Shown here one piece after another: positions 18,362 to 27,447 of a DNA stretch of 64,000 nt. The DNA lies in assembly GCA_964565225.1 (NCBI GenBank), contig CAZMEL010000008.1:1876-65875 (forward strand), written 5' to 3'. Position numbers and translations under genes: made by a program. Every line of letters begins with the position of its first letter. Positions within the stretch are counted from its first letter, which is position 1. Source of the stretch: an uncultured Thermoanaerobaculia bacterium (GTDB lineage Bacteria; Acidobacteriota; Thermoanaerobaculia; Multivoradales; J023). Below the pieces are notes generated by a model. That model searched no databases. It saw nothing but the letters and a program-made list of their open reading frames with translations, and was not told the DNA's origin.

Positions 18362-18445
18362 GCTCCCGAGCTCCCTTCGATCCCGCCTCCAGGATTCGAG
18401 CTCTCCCAGGGTCGAACGAGCTCGCCCCTCTGGTAAGCTCGGAAG

Positions 18446-18706
18446 ATGAGCCAGAACGAAATCCACGACATCTTGGCCCAGCTGCGGGCGGAGGTCGCCG
18501 ACGACACTTCCCCGGAAGCGAAGCCTCGCCTGCTCCGCCTGATCGCCGATCTCGAAGGGCATCTCGAGGCCGAGGAGTCGGGCTCCGAGAGCCCGTTCTC
18601 CTTCGATCATCTGCGGCAGCTCGCGGAAGACTTCGAGGTCGAGCATCCACGGATCACCAGCCTCGTCCATCGGATCTCGGTCACCCTGAGCAACATGGGC
18701 GTGTGA
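18446..18706 (+). CDS. DUF4404-family small protein (86 aa)
   Basis: MSQNEIHDILAQLRAEV...SFDHLRQLAEDFEVEHPRITSLVHRISVTLSNMGV resembles the conserved ~85-aa DUF4404 family, assigned from memory of the family pattern. Confidence 0.55.
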   Translation: MSQNEIHDILAQLRAEVADDTSPEAKPRLLRLIADLEGHLEAEESGSESPFSFDHLRQLAEDFEVEHPRITSLVHRISVTLSNMGV

Positions 18707-20392
18707 TCAGAGGCCGAGCACCTCGACGCCCTGCTCGAACACGATGTCGACCGGGATGCCGGCCGATTCCAGGCGGTCGAGATCGGCCCGCAGGGTCTCC
18801 CCTTCCTGCCCGTACTGCTGCACGAAGGCGTCGACGGCGGCGTAGTCTCCATCTCCCTGCAGGGTGAGGATCTTCTCCGAGAGGGCGTCGACGGCAGCCG
18901 CCATCTTCTCGGCATCGACCCGGTAGACGCCGCTGGCCTCGTCGCGGCTGAATGCTCCCATCTCGGCGAAGAAGTTGAACCGGATCAGGTTGGCGCGGCC
19001 GTGAGCGCTGGCCGAGCCGAATCGGATCGAACGGAAGATACTCGCCAGGAACGTGGTGTAGTTGTCCATCAGGTCCGCTTCGCCGAGCTCCTCCTGTGCA
19101 TCGAGTGAGGTGATCATGTAGAGGCCGAGCACGTCGGCCTTGCCCTCTTCCAGGGCCGAGGCATGGTTCTGCAACGCCTGGCGAACCGTACCGTTGCCGG
19201 TGATCGTGTTCTTGATGCCGAGACCATGGGCCACCTCGTGGAACATGGTGTTGGCGAAGAAGGCGTCGAAGGTGATGTGGCTCCGCTGCTCTTCGGCGAT
19301 CAAGGTCTCCGAGATCGGCACCAGGATCTTGTCGAATTTCGCCCGCATGGCGTTCTTGAGCTGCAGGCGCCGGCTTCCCTTGCGCGCCTGGACCTCTTCG
19401 TCGTTGGGTAGATTGATGGCGATGGTCTTGGAGCCGGCGTTGCAGTCGCCCGCGTAGTACACGACATCGTAGGCGTTGAGGTCGGAGTCGCTACCCGCCT
19501 CTTCTTGTTTGTAGGCGTCGGCCACCGGCAGGCCCTTCTGCAGGTCGGGCAGGAAATCGGCATAACGCGCCAGGCGAGCGCTCCACTCCTGATCTTTGAT
19601 CAACACATACCCTTCGCTCGCGGCCTTGAAGCCGAAGAGCTGGTCTTCGTAGGTTTCGATCGGCCCGATCACCACGTCGATGGGGTTGGTCTTCATGTCC
19701 ATCCACGCCAGGTCGCTCTCGAAGTAGTCGTCTTCGAGCAGGGCCTTCGAGCGCAGCTCGAGGTATTTCTTCAGCCCCTCATCTTCCGCCAGCTTCGCGG
19801 CCTGGGCCAGGAGCTCCGAGGCGCGGCGGTAGGGTTCGGCATAGGCCTCGCTGTACGGAGTGGTGGTGAGACCACCCTCCTCGTCGCGTTCCACGACCCA
19901 GTAGAGACCCCGGAGCTTCTCACCGAGCTCGGAATCGGCCTCGGCGGCGGCTTCCAGCTCGTCCTTGGTCATATCCTCGGGATAGAAATTGGCACCGGCA
20001 GGTTTCGGCCCCACACCCTCGACGAAGGGCTCGTTGTCCTCGAGGCGATCCCACGGCCCGTAGTTGATCTCCGCGTACCGGCGATAGGCATCGTCCTCGA
20101 GGGAGGCGAGCAGGGCTTCCTTGTCGCCATAGGCCTGTTGCCAGAAAGCATCGTCCATGGCCTGGGACGCCTGGATCAACAGCGGAATCATCTGTTTCTG
20201 GGCCTCGCTGAGGCCGCTGAGATCGGCGGTCAGCTTCACCGTGGTGTATTTCGCCAGGCGGCGATCGATCTCGCGGGTCTCCGCCTCATCGGCGGCTGCC
20301 CCGGCCTCGGTTGCCGGCTCCTCGGCCGGCTGGCAGGCCCAGCCCACCACACAGAACGAGAGAATCAAGGAAGCGCTCAGGATTCGTTTCAT
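18707..20392 (-). CDS. Secreted/lipoprotein zinc metallopeptidase, DPP III-like (M49-related), HEXXH type
   Basis: Start MKRIL with lipobox-like LSFCVVGWAC. HEVAHGLG zinc motif plus downstream EEGKAD second motif. Stop codon directly abuts the convergent DUF4404 gene stop. Confidence 0.7.
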   Translation of the reverse strand: MKRILSASLILSFCVVGWACQPAEEPATEAGAAADEAETREIDRRLAKYTTVKLTADLSGLSEAQKQMIPLLIQASQAMDDAFWQQAYGDKEALLASLEDDAYRRYAEINYGPWDRLEDNEPFVEGVGPKPAGANFYPEDMTKDELEAAAEADSELGEKLRGLYWVVERDEEGGLTTTPYSEAYAEPYRRASELLAQAAKLAEDEGLKKYLELRSKALLEDDYFESDLAWMDMKTNPIDVVIGPIETYEDQLFGFKAASEGYVLIKDQEWSARLARYADFLPDLQKGLPVADAYKQEEAGSDSDLNAYDVVYYAGDCNAGSKTIAINLPNDEEVQARKGSRRLQLKNAMRAKFDKILVPISETLIAEEQRSHITFDAFFANTMFHEVAHGLGIKNTITGNGTVRQALQNHASALEEGKADVLGLYMITSLDAQEELGEADLMDNYTTFLASIFRSIRFGSASAHGRANLIRFNFFAEMGAFSRDEASGVYRVDAEKMAAAVDALSEKILTLQGDGDYAAVDAFVQQYGQEGETLRADLDRLESAGIPVDIVFEQGVEVLGL

Positions 20393-20515
20393 GGTGTCCT
20401 CGTCGAGAATTCGCCCGGCCAGCGCCGGAAGCATGGATCGAAACAGGGATGTCGTTTCGAGCTTAATCGAGGTGCCGGGCCCAGTCCAGCCGGCCCGAAA
20501 CCTCCGGAGCGCGCT

Positions 20516-21949
20516 TCAGCGCTCCGAAGAAAGCACCGAAGAGACCGCCTCGACGACCTCGAGGCTCTCTCCGGGGCGCAGGGTGCGAGGATCGATCCAC
20601 ACCGCGCCGTCCTTGATGCGGGTGAAGACGGGGACCGGGCGCAGGCGCAGGCTGCGGGCCAGGGCCTCGACGGAGAGGCCGCTCCTCGGAGTCACCGCGA
20701 CACAGGTGGTCTCCAGAGGAATGGCCGGCAGGGTGCCGCTGCCCATTTCGCTGGTGGCGGGTACGGTTTCGACGATCGCTCCCTTGCCGAGCTGCTCCCG
20801 CAGGCGATCGGCGAGGATCCGCGCACGACCGGCGAGCTCGTCGGCGGAGAGTGCCAACATTCCGAGGGTGGGGATCGATTCTTCCAGGCGGCTGGGCTCG
20901 AAATATTGCTTGAGAGCGGTTTCGAGCGCGATGCAGGAGAGCTTGTCGATGCGCAGAGCTCGTGCCAGGGGATTCTTCCGCGCCTTCTCCACCCACTCCC
21001 GGCGACCGACGATGATCCCCGCCTGGCAGGCACCGATCAGCTTGTCGCCGGAGAAGCAGGCGACATCGGCTCCCGCTGCCAGGCTCGCCGCCACCGGCGG
21101 CTCGTCGGCCACCGGCCACTGCTCGGGCGGCACCAGACAGCCCGAGCCGAGGTCGTGCATCACCGGCACCCCGGTCTTGCGGCCGACCGCCACCAGCTCC
21201 TCGATGCCCGGATGGGCGGTGAAGCCCACCAGACGATAGTTGCTCGTATGGACCAGCATCACGGCGGCCACGGTTTCATCGACGGCTCGCTCGTAGTCGG
21301 CGGGATACGAGCGATTGGTGGTTCCGACCTCCACCAGGCGGCAACCGCTGGCTTCCATCACGTCGGGCATGCGAAACGAGCCGCCGATCTCCACCATCTG
21401 CGAGCGCGACACCACCACTCCCCGCCCCGCCGCCAGGGTGTTGAGCAGCAGAATGGTGGCCGCGGCGTTGTTGTTCACCACCAGGGCGGCCTCGGCTCCG
21501 GTGAGATGACAGAGCAGGTCTTCGACGAATGCATCCCGCCGACGCCTTTTCCCGGCCTCCGGGTCGACCTCCAGGAGCACATAACCGCTGGCCTGATCGA
21601 TGGCCCGGAGCACACTCTCCGGCAGGACCGCCCGGCCCAAGCCGGAATGCAGGACGATCCCGGTGCCGTTGATCACCCGGCAGGTCGACGACCCTCCGTC
21701 CCAGCGCTCGAGAGCCCGTTCCGCAGCCTCCACCACCGAGTCCGGGCTCGGCCCGGGGGCCTCTAGCGCGTCGAGGATCTCGCGCCGCCTCCGGTCCAGC
21801 ACGCGGCGCACCAGGAAGGTCAGCAGCTCGCTGTCGGCCTCCCGCGCCCGGTCCGAACGTCGCCGCAGGGACTCGACCACGACTCCCACCGCGGGCAGGG
21901 CACGCAGAGCCTCTCGCTGCGCGGGATCGGGGCTCACGGATCGGCTCAA
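20516..21949 (-). CDS. selA: L-seryl-tRNA(Sec) selenium transferase (selenocysteine synthase)
   Basis: Strong SelA-wide similarity: VVSRSQMVEIGGSFRMPDVM, HTSNYRLVGFT, FSGDKLIGACQAGIIVG (PLP-lysine region). Confidence 0.9.
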   Translation of the reverse strand: MSRSVSPDPAQREALRALPAVGVVVESLRRRSDRAREADSELLTFLVRRVLDRRRREILDALEAPGPSPDSVVEAAERALERWDGGSSTCRVINGTGIVLHSGLGRAVLPESVLRAIDQASGYVLLEVDPEAGKRRRRDAFVEDLLCHLTGAEAALVVNNNAAATILLLNTLAAGRGVVVSRSQMVEIGGSFRMPDVMEASGCRLVEVGTTNRSYPADYERAVDETVAAVMLVHTSNYRLVGFTAHPGIEELVAVGRKTGVPVMHDLGSGCLVPPEQWPVADEPPVAASLAAGADVACFSGDKLIGACQAGIIVGRREWVEKARKNPLARALRIDKLSCIALETALKQYFEPSRLEESIPTLGMLALSADELAGRARILADRLREQLGKGAIVETVPATSEMGSGTLPAIPLETTCVAVTPRSGLSVEALARSLRLRPVPVFTRIKDGAVWIDPRTLRPGESLEVVEAVSSVLSSER

Positions 21950-23784
21950 GCCTCACCTCCCGCCAGCCGCAGAGCCGCCAATGCCAGCGACCAGGTGCCC
22001 TCGGCCCGCTCGGCGAGCACCGGTCGGACGGACTCCAGGGCCTGGCGCGCCCGCTGGCCCCAGGGCTCGGTACCGGCTCCGTGCCGGGCGAGCTCGTGGA
22101 AGCTCAGCACTGCCTGGCCGAAGGCCGAAGGCTGGGCACCGTCGAAGACATCCCGCGACCGCACCACGAGGTCGCGGCGGGCCGGCGCATTGAAGAATCC
22201 ACTCTCGGGGTCGCCGAGGCGCTGCCATTGCTCTCGGGCCAGGTCTTCGGCCGCTTCGAGCCAGCGGTCTTCACCGGTCGCCTCGAAGAGCCCGAGCAGA
22301 CCCCGGGACAAAAACGCGTAGTCTGCCAGCAGCGCGGGTCGAGAAGGCGAGCCCTCGCCCCAGCTACGCTGCAGGGTGCCGCCCGCCCGGGCGCCCGCCA
22401 GCAGGCTCGAGGCCGCTTCCCCGGCCCGCCGGACCAGGTCGGGGTCCGCGAGAGCCGTTCCCGCCGCCGCCAGGCCGGCGATGGCCAGGCCGTTGGCGGC
22501 CACGAAGCGCCGGGAATCGAGGGCCGGCCGCTCCCGGTCGCGCCGCCGGGCCAGCAGGGCATCGAGCATCGGCGCCTCTTCGCGGCGGAGCTGCTCGGTG
22601 GTCATCCGCCTTCGAGCGGCTTGCTCCCGCGGAGAACGCGGGCGGTGCAACACGTAGAAGTCTTCCTCGAAGCTCGGCTCGCCGTCGAACCCCAGGAGCG
22701 GCGCCAGGAAACCGGCATTCTCCGCGCCCACCGCCTCGACGATCTCCGCCAGCGACCAGATGTAGTAGGCCCCTTCGTGGCCGTGGCTGGAACCGTCGAG
22801 CCCCCGGGCAAAACCGCCCTCGGGCAGGAGTAGCTCCGAGAGCAGAAAGTCCGCCGTCTTGCGCACCACGGTCGCCAGCTCGGCGGTCGGCATCTGCTGT
22901 TGCCGGCGGGCGAAGATCTCGAGCAGCCATCCGTTGTCGGCGAGGGTTTTCTCGAAGCTCGGAATCCGCCAATCCGCTTCCCGGGAGTGCCGGTGGAAGC
23001 CCCCCCCGAGGTGATCGAAGATCCCGCCCCGGGACATGGCGTCGAGGGTGAGGTCGAGCATCCGGGCGGCCTTCTCGTGCCGTTCCGCCAGCTCCAGAAG
23101 GAGCAGGAGGTGCGCCGGGCGTGGAAACCGTGGGGCACCGCCGAAGCCGCCGTTCTCGGGGTCGAACGTGGCTTCCATGGCCTGGAGCGACCGGGCGGCG
23201 AGTGGCTCTCCCGTCACCGGCCGGGCCACCGCACCGGCGTCTGCCGAGGGCAGGCCTCCGAGGTAACGGCCCATGACCTCCACCAGCTCCCGGGCCTGCT
23301 CTTCTACATCTTCGCGCCGTTCGCGGAAGGCGTGGGCCATGCTCTCGACCACGGTGAGGAACCCGGGCGTCTCGGGACGATCGTCGGAAGGAAAATAGGT
23401 CCCCGCGAAATAGGGCCCGAGATCGGGGGTGAGAAACACCGTGTTGGGCCAGCCGCCACGATGGGTCAGAAGCTGGGTCGCCGCCATGTAGATCTCGTCG
23501 ACCTCCGGGTGCTCCTCGCGGTCGAGCAGGATACAGACGAACTCCCGGTTCAGCCGCTCGGCCACCAGGCGATCGCCAAACGACTCCCGGGCCATGGTAT
23601 GGCACCACTTGCAGGTCTGGTATCCGCTCGAGAGAAAGATCGGCTTGTTCTCCCGACGCGCGCGGTCGAGAGCCTCGTCGCCCCAGGGCCACCAACCCAC
23701 CGGGTCGCCGGCCCGGGAGCGCAGATAGGTGCTGCTCTGCTCCCCCATCCGGTTGCGCGCCGTCTCGGCGGTCATCTGCGGCAT
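21946..23784 (-). CDS. Thioredoxin-domain protein of the YyaL/DUF255 family (N-terminal Trx-like CKWC + six-hairpin glycosidase-like domain)
   Basis: KPIFLSSGYQTCKWCHTMARESF is the DUF255 signature with a CxxC. ATGA overlap with the selA start. Confidence 0.85.
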   Translation of the reverse strand: MPQMTAETARNRMGEQSSTYLRSRAGDPVGWWPWGDEALDRARRENKPIFLSSGYQTCKWCHTMARESFGDRLVAERLNREFVCILLDREEHPEVDEIYMAATQLLTHRGGWPNTVFLTPDLGPYFAGTYFPSDDRPETPGFLTVVESMAHAFRERREDVEEQARELVEVMGRYLGGLPSADAGAVARPVTGEPLAARSLQAMEATFDPENGGFGGAPRFPRPAHLLLLLELAERHEKAARMLDLTLDAMSRGGIFDHLGGGFHRHSREADWRIPSFEKTLADNGWLLEIFARRQQQMPTAELATVVRKTADFLLSELLLPEGGFARGLDGSSHGHEGAYYIWSLAEIVEAVGAENAGFLAPLLGFDGEPSFEEDFYVLHRPRSPREQAARRRMTTEQLRREEAPMLDALLARRRDRERPALDSRRFVAANGLAIAGLAAAGTALADPDLVRRAGEAASSLLAGARAGGTLQRSWGEGSPSRPALLADYAFLSRGLLGLFEATGEDRWLEAAEDLAREQWQRLGDPESGFFNAPARRDLVVRSRDVFDGAQPSAFGQAVLSFHELARHGAGTEPWGQRARQALESVRPVLAERAEGTWSLALAALRLAGGEA

Positions 23785-23785
23785 C

Positions 23786-24817
23786 TCATTCCCAGATGGC
23801 GACGTCGAAACGGCCGCTGGCGTCGGCGGCGCCGCGGAACATTCCGACCGAGTTGAAGACCAGGGCGATGGAGCCGTCGTGCCCCACGGCGATCAGGCCC
23901 CCGTCGCCCTCGTTCAGCTTGCCGTGGATCACCTCCTTCGCCGCTTCCTCCACCCCGAGGCCCTGGTACTCCACCAGGGCCGACACATCGTGAGCCACGG
24001 TGTTGCGAATGAACTGCTCGCCGAAGCCGGTACACGAAATGGCGGCCGTGGCGTTCTTGGCGTAGGTCCCGGCGCCGATGATCGGCACGTCGCCCACCCG
24101 ACCGTATCGTTTGTTGGTCATACCGCCGGTGGAAGTGGCGGCGGCGAGGTTGCCGGCCCGATCGAGGGCCACCGCACCCACCGTGCCGTGTTTGTCGTCC
24201 GAGGTCTCGCTCTCCCGCTCTCTCTCGAGCGCCTGCTGCCATTGCTGGTACCGCCGCTCGACATGGAAATACTCCGGATCGACCCGCTCCACCCCCATCT
24301 CGTTGGCGAAGACCTCGGCTCCCTCGCCCTGGAAGAAGACGTGGGGCGACTCGGTCATCACCTTGCGGGCCAGGGTGATGGGGTTCTTGACCGTTCTCAG
24401 GCCCGAGACCGACCCGCAGGAGAGGTCCCGACCGTCCATGATCGCGGCGTCGAGCTCGTGAGAGCCATCGTGGGTGAAAACCGCGCCCTTGCCGGCATTG
24501 AAGAGGGGCGAGTCCTCGAGGTGCCGCACCACACGCTCCACGACGTCGAGGCTGCTGTCGCCGGCTTCCAGGCCCTGGCGGCCGATCTCCAGGGCCTCGC
24601 GCAAAGTCTCGAAATAAGCCGCCTGCTCTTCCTCCGCCATGGTCTTGGGAATCACTCCCGCCCCTCCGTGAATGGCCAGGGCCCACTCGACGGGCGGCGG
24701 CGGCTCGGGCTCGGCCGCCTCCTGCTCACCCGGAGCTTCGCCTCCGGCACAGCCCACCAGGGCGAGCATTGCCAGGCCGAGCAACGTGATCACTGGTAAT
24801 GGGGTCGACAGATTCAT
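23786..24817 (-). CDS. Isoaspartyl peptidase / L-asparaginase (Ntn hydrolase, plant-type asparaginase family)
   Basis: Start MNLSTPLPV with lipoprotein-like signal (ALVGCAG). LAIHGGAG; GTVGAVALD Thr nucleophile region. The track ORF has a spurious N-terminal extension. Confidence 0.85.
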   Translation of the reverse strand: MNLSTPLPVITLLGLAMLALVGCAGGEAPGEQEAAEPEPPPPVEWALAIHGGAGVIPKTMAEEEQAAYFETLREALEIGRQGLEAGDSSLDVVERVVRHLEDSPLFNAGKGAVFTHDGSHELDAAIMDGRDLSCGSVSGLRTVKNPITLARKVMTESPHVFFQGEGAEVFANEMGVERVDPEYFHVERRYQQWQQALERERESETSDDKHGTVGAVALDRAGNLAAATSTGGMTNKRYGRVGDVPIIGAGTYAKNATAAISCTGFGEQFIRNTVAHDVSALVEYQGLGVEEAAKEVIHGKLNEGDGGLIAVGHDGSIALVFNSVGMFRGAADASGRFDVAIWE

Positions 24818-25341
24818 GACTCGTCTCCTGGATCGTTCTCCGTGTTCGGCTCGGGCCGCCATTCCATCAAGAAGTAGGGACCCTCGTCTCCGATTTTCCG
24901 AAACCCCAGGCGGTCGTACAGGCGCAGGGCCGGATTGAATTGCTCCACGTGGATGCGAACCGGCCGGCCGAGCTTTCGACCCTCCGCCAGCAGCTTCTCC
25001 AGGAGCGCGCGGCCGAGGCCTCCATTGCGATACTCGGGTAGCAGGGCGATATCGATCAGACGAATCTCGTCTTCCCGGCGGTCGATGTAGAGACGCCCTG
25101 CCCGGCGGCCCGCCTTGAGCACCAGCGAGAGCTCGGCGCTGGCGAACTGCTCCTGGTAGAACTTGTGCTGGGCCACGAACTGCTGGTCGAGAAAGAGTCT
25201 CTTCTCTGCATCGCTCCAGGTGGTCAGCGCCATCTCGTCCCACCGAGTGCTGTGGTAGAGCCGGTTGAGAAAGGGCTCGTCGGCCGGGCGGATTCTACGA
25301 AACGTGATGTCGGCCAGGGGATCGGCAGGCGATGCGGTCAT
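24814..25341 (-). CDS. GNAT-family N-acetyltransferase
   Basis: 175 aa; IALLPEYRNGGLGRALLEKLL (motif A) and RLYDRLGF. ATGA overlap with the downstream asparaginase gene. Confidence 0.8.
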   Translation of the reverse strand: MTASPADPLADITFRRIRPADEPFLNRLYHSTRWDEMALTTWSDAEKRLFLDQQFVAQHKFYQEQFASAELSLVLKAGRRAGRLYIDRREDEIRLIDIALLPEYRNGGLGRALLEKLLAEGRKLGRPVRIHVEQFNPALRLYDRLGFRKIGDEGPYFLMEWRPEPNTENDPGDES

Positions 25342-25511
25342 GAAGGGTCCTCTGGACAGCGGATCTCGTCGGTGTTCTCTGCAAGAAACCTGGAGCTCGG
25401 CTATCCTCTCACGAGTTCAATCCTCGCCGCGAGGGCGGAAAATCGAGAGCTCTCCAGGGAGCGACTTTCGCTGAGCCGAATCTCTGACACGGCGAGGCCG
25501 ATCAAAGCCTC

Positions 25512-25520
25512 TGGTATACT
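25512..25520 (+). promoter_or_regulatory. Extended -10 promoter element (TGgTATACT) for the tail-collar operon
   Basis: TGnTATACT in an unusually AT-rich 40-bp patch (TGGTATACTTTTTTCATAGAAATTG), ~230 bp upstream of the first collar gene ATG (25751). Confidence 0.45.
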
Positions 25521-25750
25521 TTTTTCATAGAAATTGTCCTGTAGTCATCTCCTGAATCGGTGCCGGGCAGTTCCGATTCGCTCAACGATTTCACCGCAAC
25601 GACTCACGCTCGCATCTTGCGATTTCCTGGCCGTCGAGCCATTGGTTTCGAGCAGAAGTCAACCGACGTCGTCATCCTCGAGGGCCGGACACCTAGGAAC
25701 CTGCACCGGGATGTCGTCACCAATTCACCCGAGCAACGAGGAGACTCCGA

Positions 25751-26278
25751 ATGTCGGAACCGTTCCTGGCCGAAGTTCGTATCGTCGGCTTCAATTTCGC
25801 CCCGAGGGGCTGGGCATTCTGTGATGGGCAGATCTTGCCGATCAACCAGAATCAGTCTCTCTATTCCCTTCTCGGCACGACCTACGGCGGCGACGGACGT
25901 ACCACCTTTGCCTTGCCGGACCTGCGCGGCCGGACCCCGATGCATGTCGGCGCCAGCAACGGCACTTTCCACAATCTGGGGCAGAAGAGCGGCGAGGAGA
26001 CTCACACCCTGAGCGGCGCTGAGATGCCCCAGCACGATCATGAGCTGATCGCCACGAACGCCCAGGCGAACAATCCCTCCCCCAAGGATCATCTCCCGGC
26101 CCAGGTCGCGGCGACTCTCGACTTCATCTACAGCTCGGGCTCCGACAATCTCGACGTCAACCTCGGCTCGACCACGGTGGCGAACGTGGGTGGTGGCCAG
26201 GCCCACAACAACATGCAGCCCTACCTCGCCGTCAATTTCTGCATCGCCCTGCGGGGCTTGTTCCCGTCCCGGAACTAG
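25751..26278 (+). CDS. Phage tail collar domain protein (MdpB-like), paralog 1
   Basis: MSEPFLAEVRIVGFNFAPRGWAFCDGQILPINQNQSLYSLLGTTYGGDGRTTFALPDLRGR conserved N-terminal collar region and GGGQAHNNMQPYLAVNFCIAL C-terminal motif. GAGGAG RBS. Confidence 0.85.
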   Translation: MSEPFLAEVRIVGFNFAPRGWAFCDGQILPINQNQSLYSLLGTTYGGDGRTTFALPDLRGRTPMHVGASNGTFHNLGQKSGEETHTLSGAEMPQHDHELIATNAQANNPSPKDHLPAQVAATLDFIYSSGSDNLDVNLGSTTVANVGGGQAHNNMQPYLAVNFCIALRGLFPSRN

Positions 26279-26290
26279 GAGGCTCTACCG

Positions 26291-26824
26291 ATGTCCGAAC
26301 CCTTTGTCGGTGAAATCCGAATGTTCGCGGGCAACTTTGCCCCCCGCGGCTGGGCCTTCTGTGATGGCCAGCTTCTCGCCGTGTCGCAGAACGACGCTCT
26401 CTTCTCTCTCCTCGGTACCATCTACGGTGGAGATGGACGCACCACCTTCGGCCTGCCCGATCTGCGCGGACGGATTCCGATCCATGCCGGAAGCGGCCCG
26501 GGGCTGAGCCCGCGCCGTCTCGGAGCCAAGGCGGGCTCCGAGAAAGAGACTCTGACCGTTAACCAGCTTCCTTCCCATCGCCACAACTGGAGAGCGACCT
26601 CCGCCACCGCGTCGAATCGTACGCCGGTCGACTCTTCCAGTCCTCGGGCGTACGCGCAGCCCACCTTCACGACGGTCTACACCGACAATCCGGGGGTGCT
26701 CGAGGGTTTCAATAGCTCCATGTCGAGCAAGGTCGGTGGCTCCCGTTCGCACTCCAACCTGATGCCCTTTCTCTGCATCCACTTCATCATCGCGCTGGTC
26801 GGGATCTACCCGTCCCGGAACTAG
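26291..26824 (+). CDS. Phage tail collar domain protein (MdpB-like), paralog 2
   Basis: Same conserved N-terminal ~65 aa and C-terminal (S)HSNLMPFL...ALVGIYPSRN, with a divergent middle. Confidence 0.85.
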   Translation: MSEPFVGEIRMFAGNFAPRGWAFCDGQLLAVSQNDALFSLLGTIYGGDGRTTFGLPDLRGRIPIHAGSGPGLSPRRLGAKAGSEKETLTVNQLPSHRHNWRATSATASNRTPVDSSSPRAYAQPTFTTVYTDNPGVLEGFNSSMSSKVGGSRSHSNLMPFLCIHFIIALVGIYPSRN

Positions 26825-26842
26825 GGACAGGAGGAGAAGAGA

Positions 26843-27364
26843 ATGTCCGAACCCTTTACCGCAGAAATCCGCATTTTTGCCGGCAACTTCGCGCCTCGAG
26901 GCTGGGCTTTTTGCAACGGCCAGTTGCTTCCGATCTCTCAGAACACGGCTCTGTTCTCCTTGATCGGAACCACCTATGGCGGCGACGGGCGCTCCACTAC
27001 CGCCCTTCCCAACCTCGAGGGCAGGGTTCCGATGCACCCGGGCCGCGGCCCGGGCCTCACCAGCCGACGCCTGGGCCAGCGCGGTGGAACGGAGAGGATC
27101 ACCCTCACCGAAGCACAGATGCCCAATCACAATCACACCCTCTTCGGCTCGAACAACAGCGCCAATCAGAGGAATCCCCAGAACCACACCCCCGCATTCG
27201 GCTCCGGGCGAGGAACCAACCTCTACTCCAACAGCTCGGCCAGTACCGGGACGTTCCGGGACCTCACCAATACCGGGGGCAGCCAGGCACACAACAACAT
27301 CCAGCCCTTCCTGGCGATGAACTTCATCATTGCGCTGGTGGGCCTCTATCCGAGCCGTAGCTGA
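26843..27364 (+). CDS. Phage tail collar domain protein (MdpB-like), paralog 3
   Basis: Same conserved termini (SQAHNNIQPFLAMNFIIALVGLYPSRS), with a divergent middle. Confidence 0.85.
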   Translation: MSEPFTAEIRIFAGNFAPRGWAFCNGQLLPISQNTALFSLIGTTYGGDGRSTTALPNLEGRVPMHPGRGPGLTSRRLGQRGGTERITLTEAQMPNHNHTLFGSNNSANQRNPQNHTPAFGSGRGTNLYSNSSASTGTFRDLTNTGGSQAHNNIQPFLAMNFIIALVGLYPSRS

Positions 27365-27387
27365 CCCCCCTCTGATCTCTGCTCGAG

Positions 27388-27421
27388 AATGCGGCTTGCT
27401 CCTTTCCGAGCAAGCCGCATT
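27388..27421 (+). terminator. Intrinsic terminator-like hairpin after the third collar gene
   Basis: AATGCGGCTTGCTC-CTTTCC-GAGCAAGCCGCATT perfect 14-bp stem, followed by GGTTTGCGCTGTTT. Confidence 0.6.
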
Positions 27422-27447
27422 GGTTTGCGCTGTTTCCAGGAGAATCC

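Noticed and set aside
19505-21766. 753-aa ORF 19505-21766 +
   Set aside because: Spans the peptidase and selA genes on the opposite strand; no motifs; GC-frame artefact.
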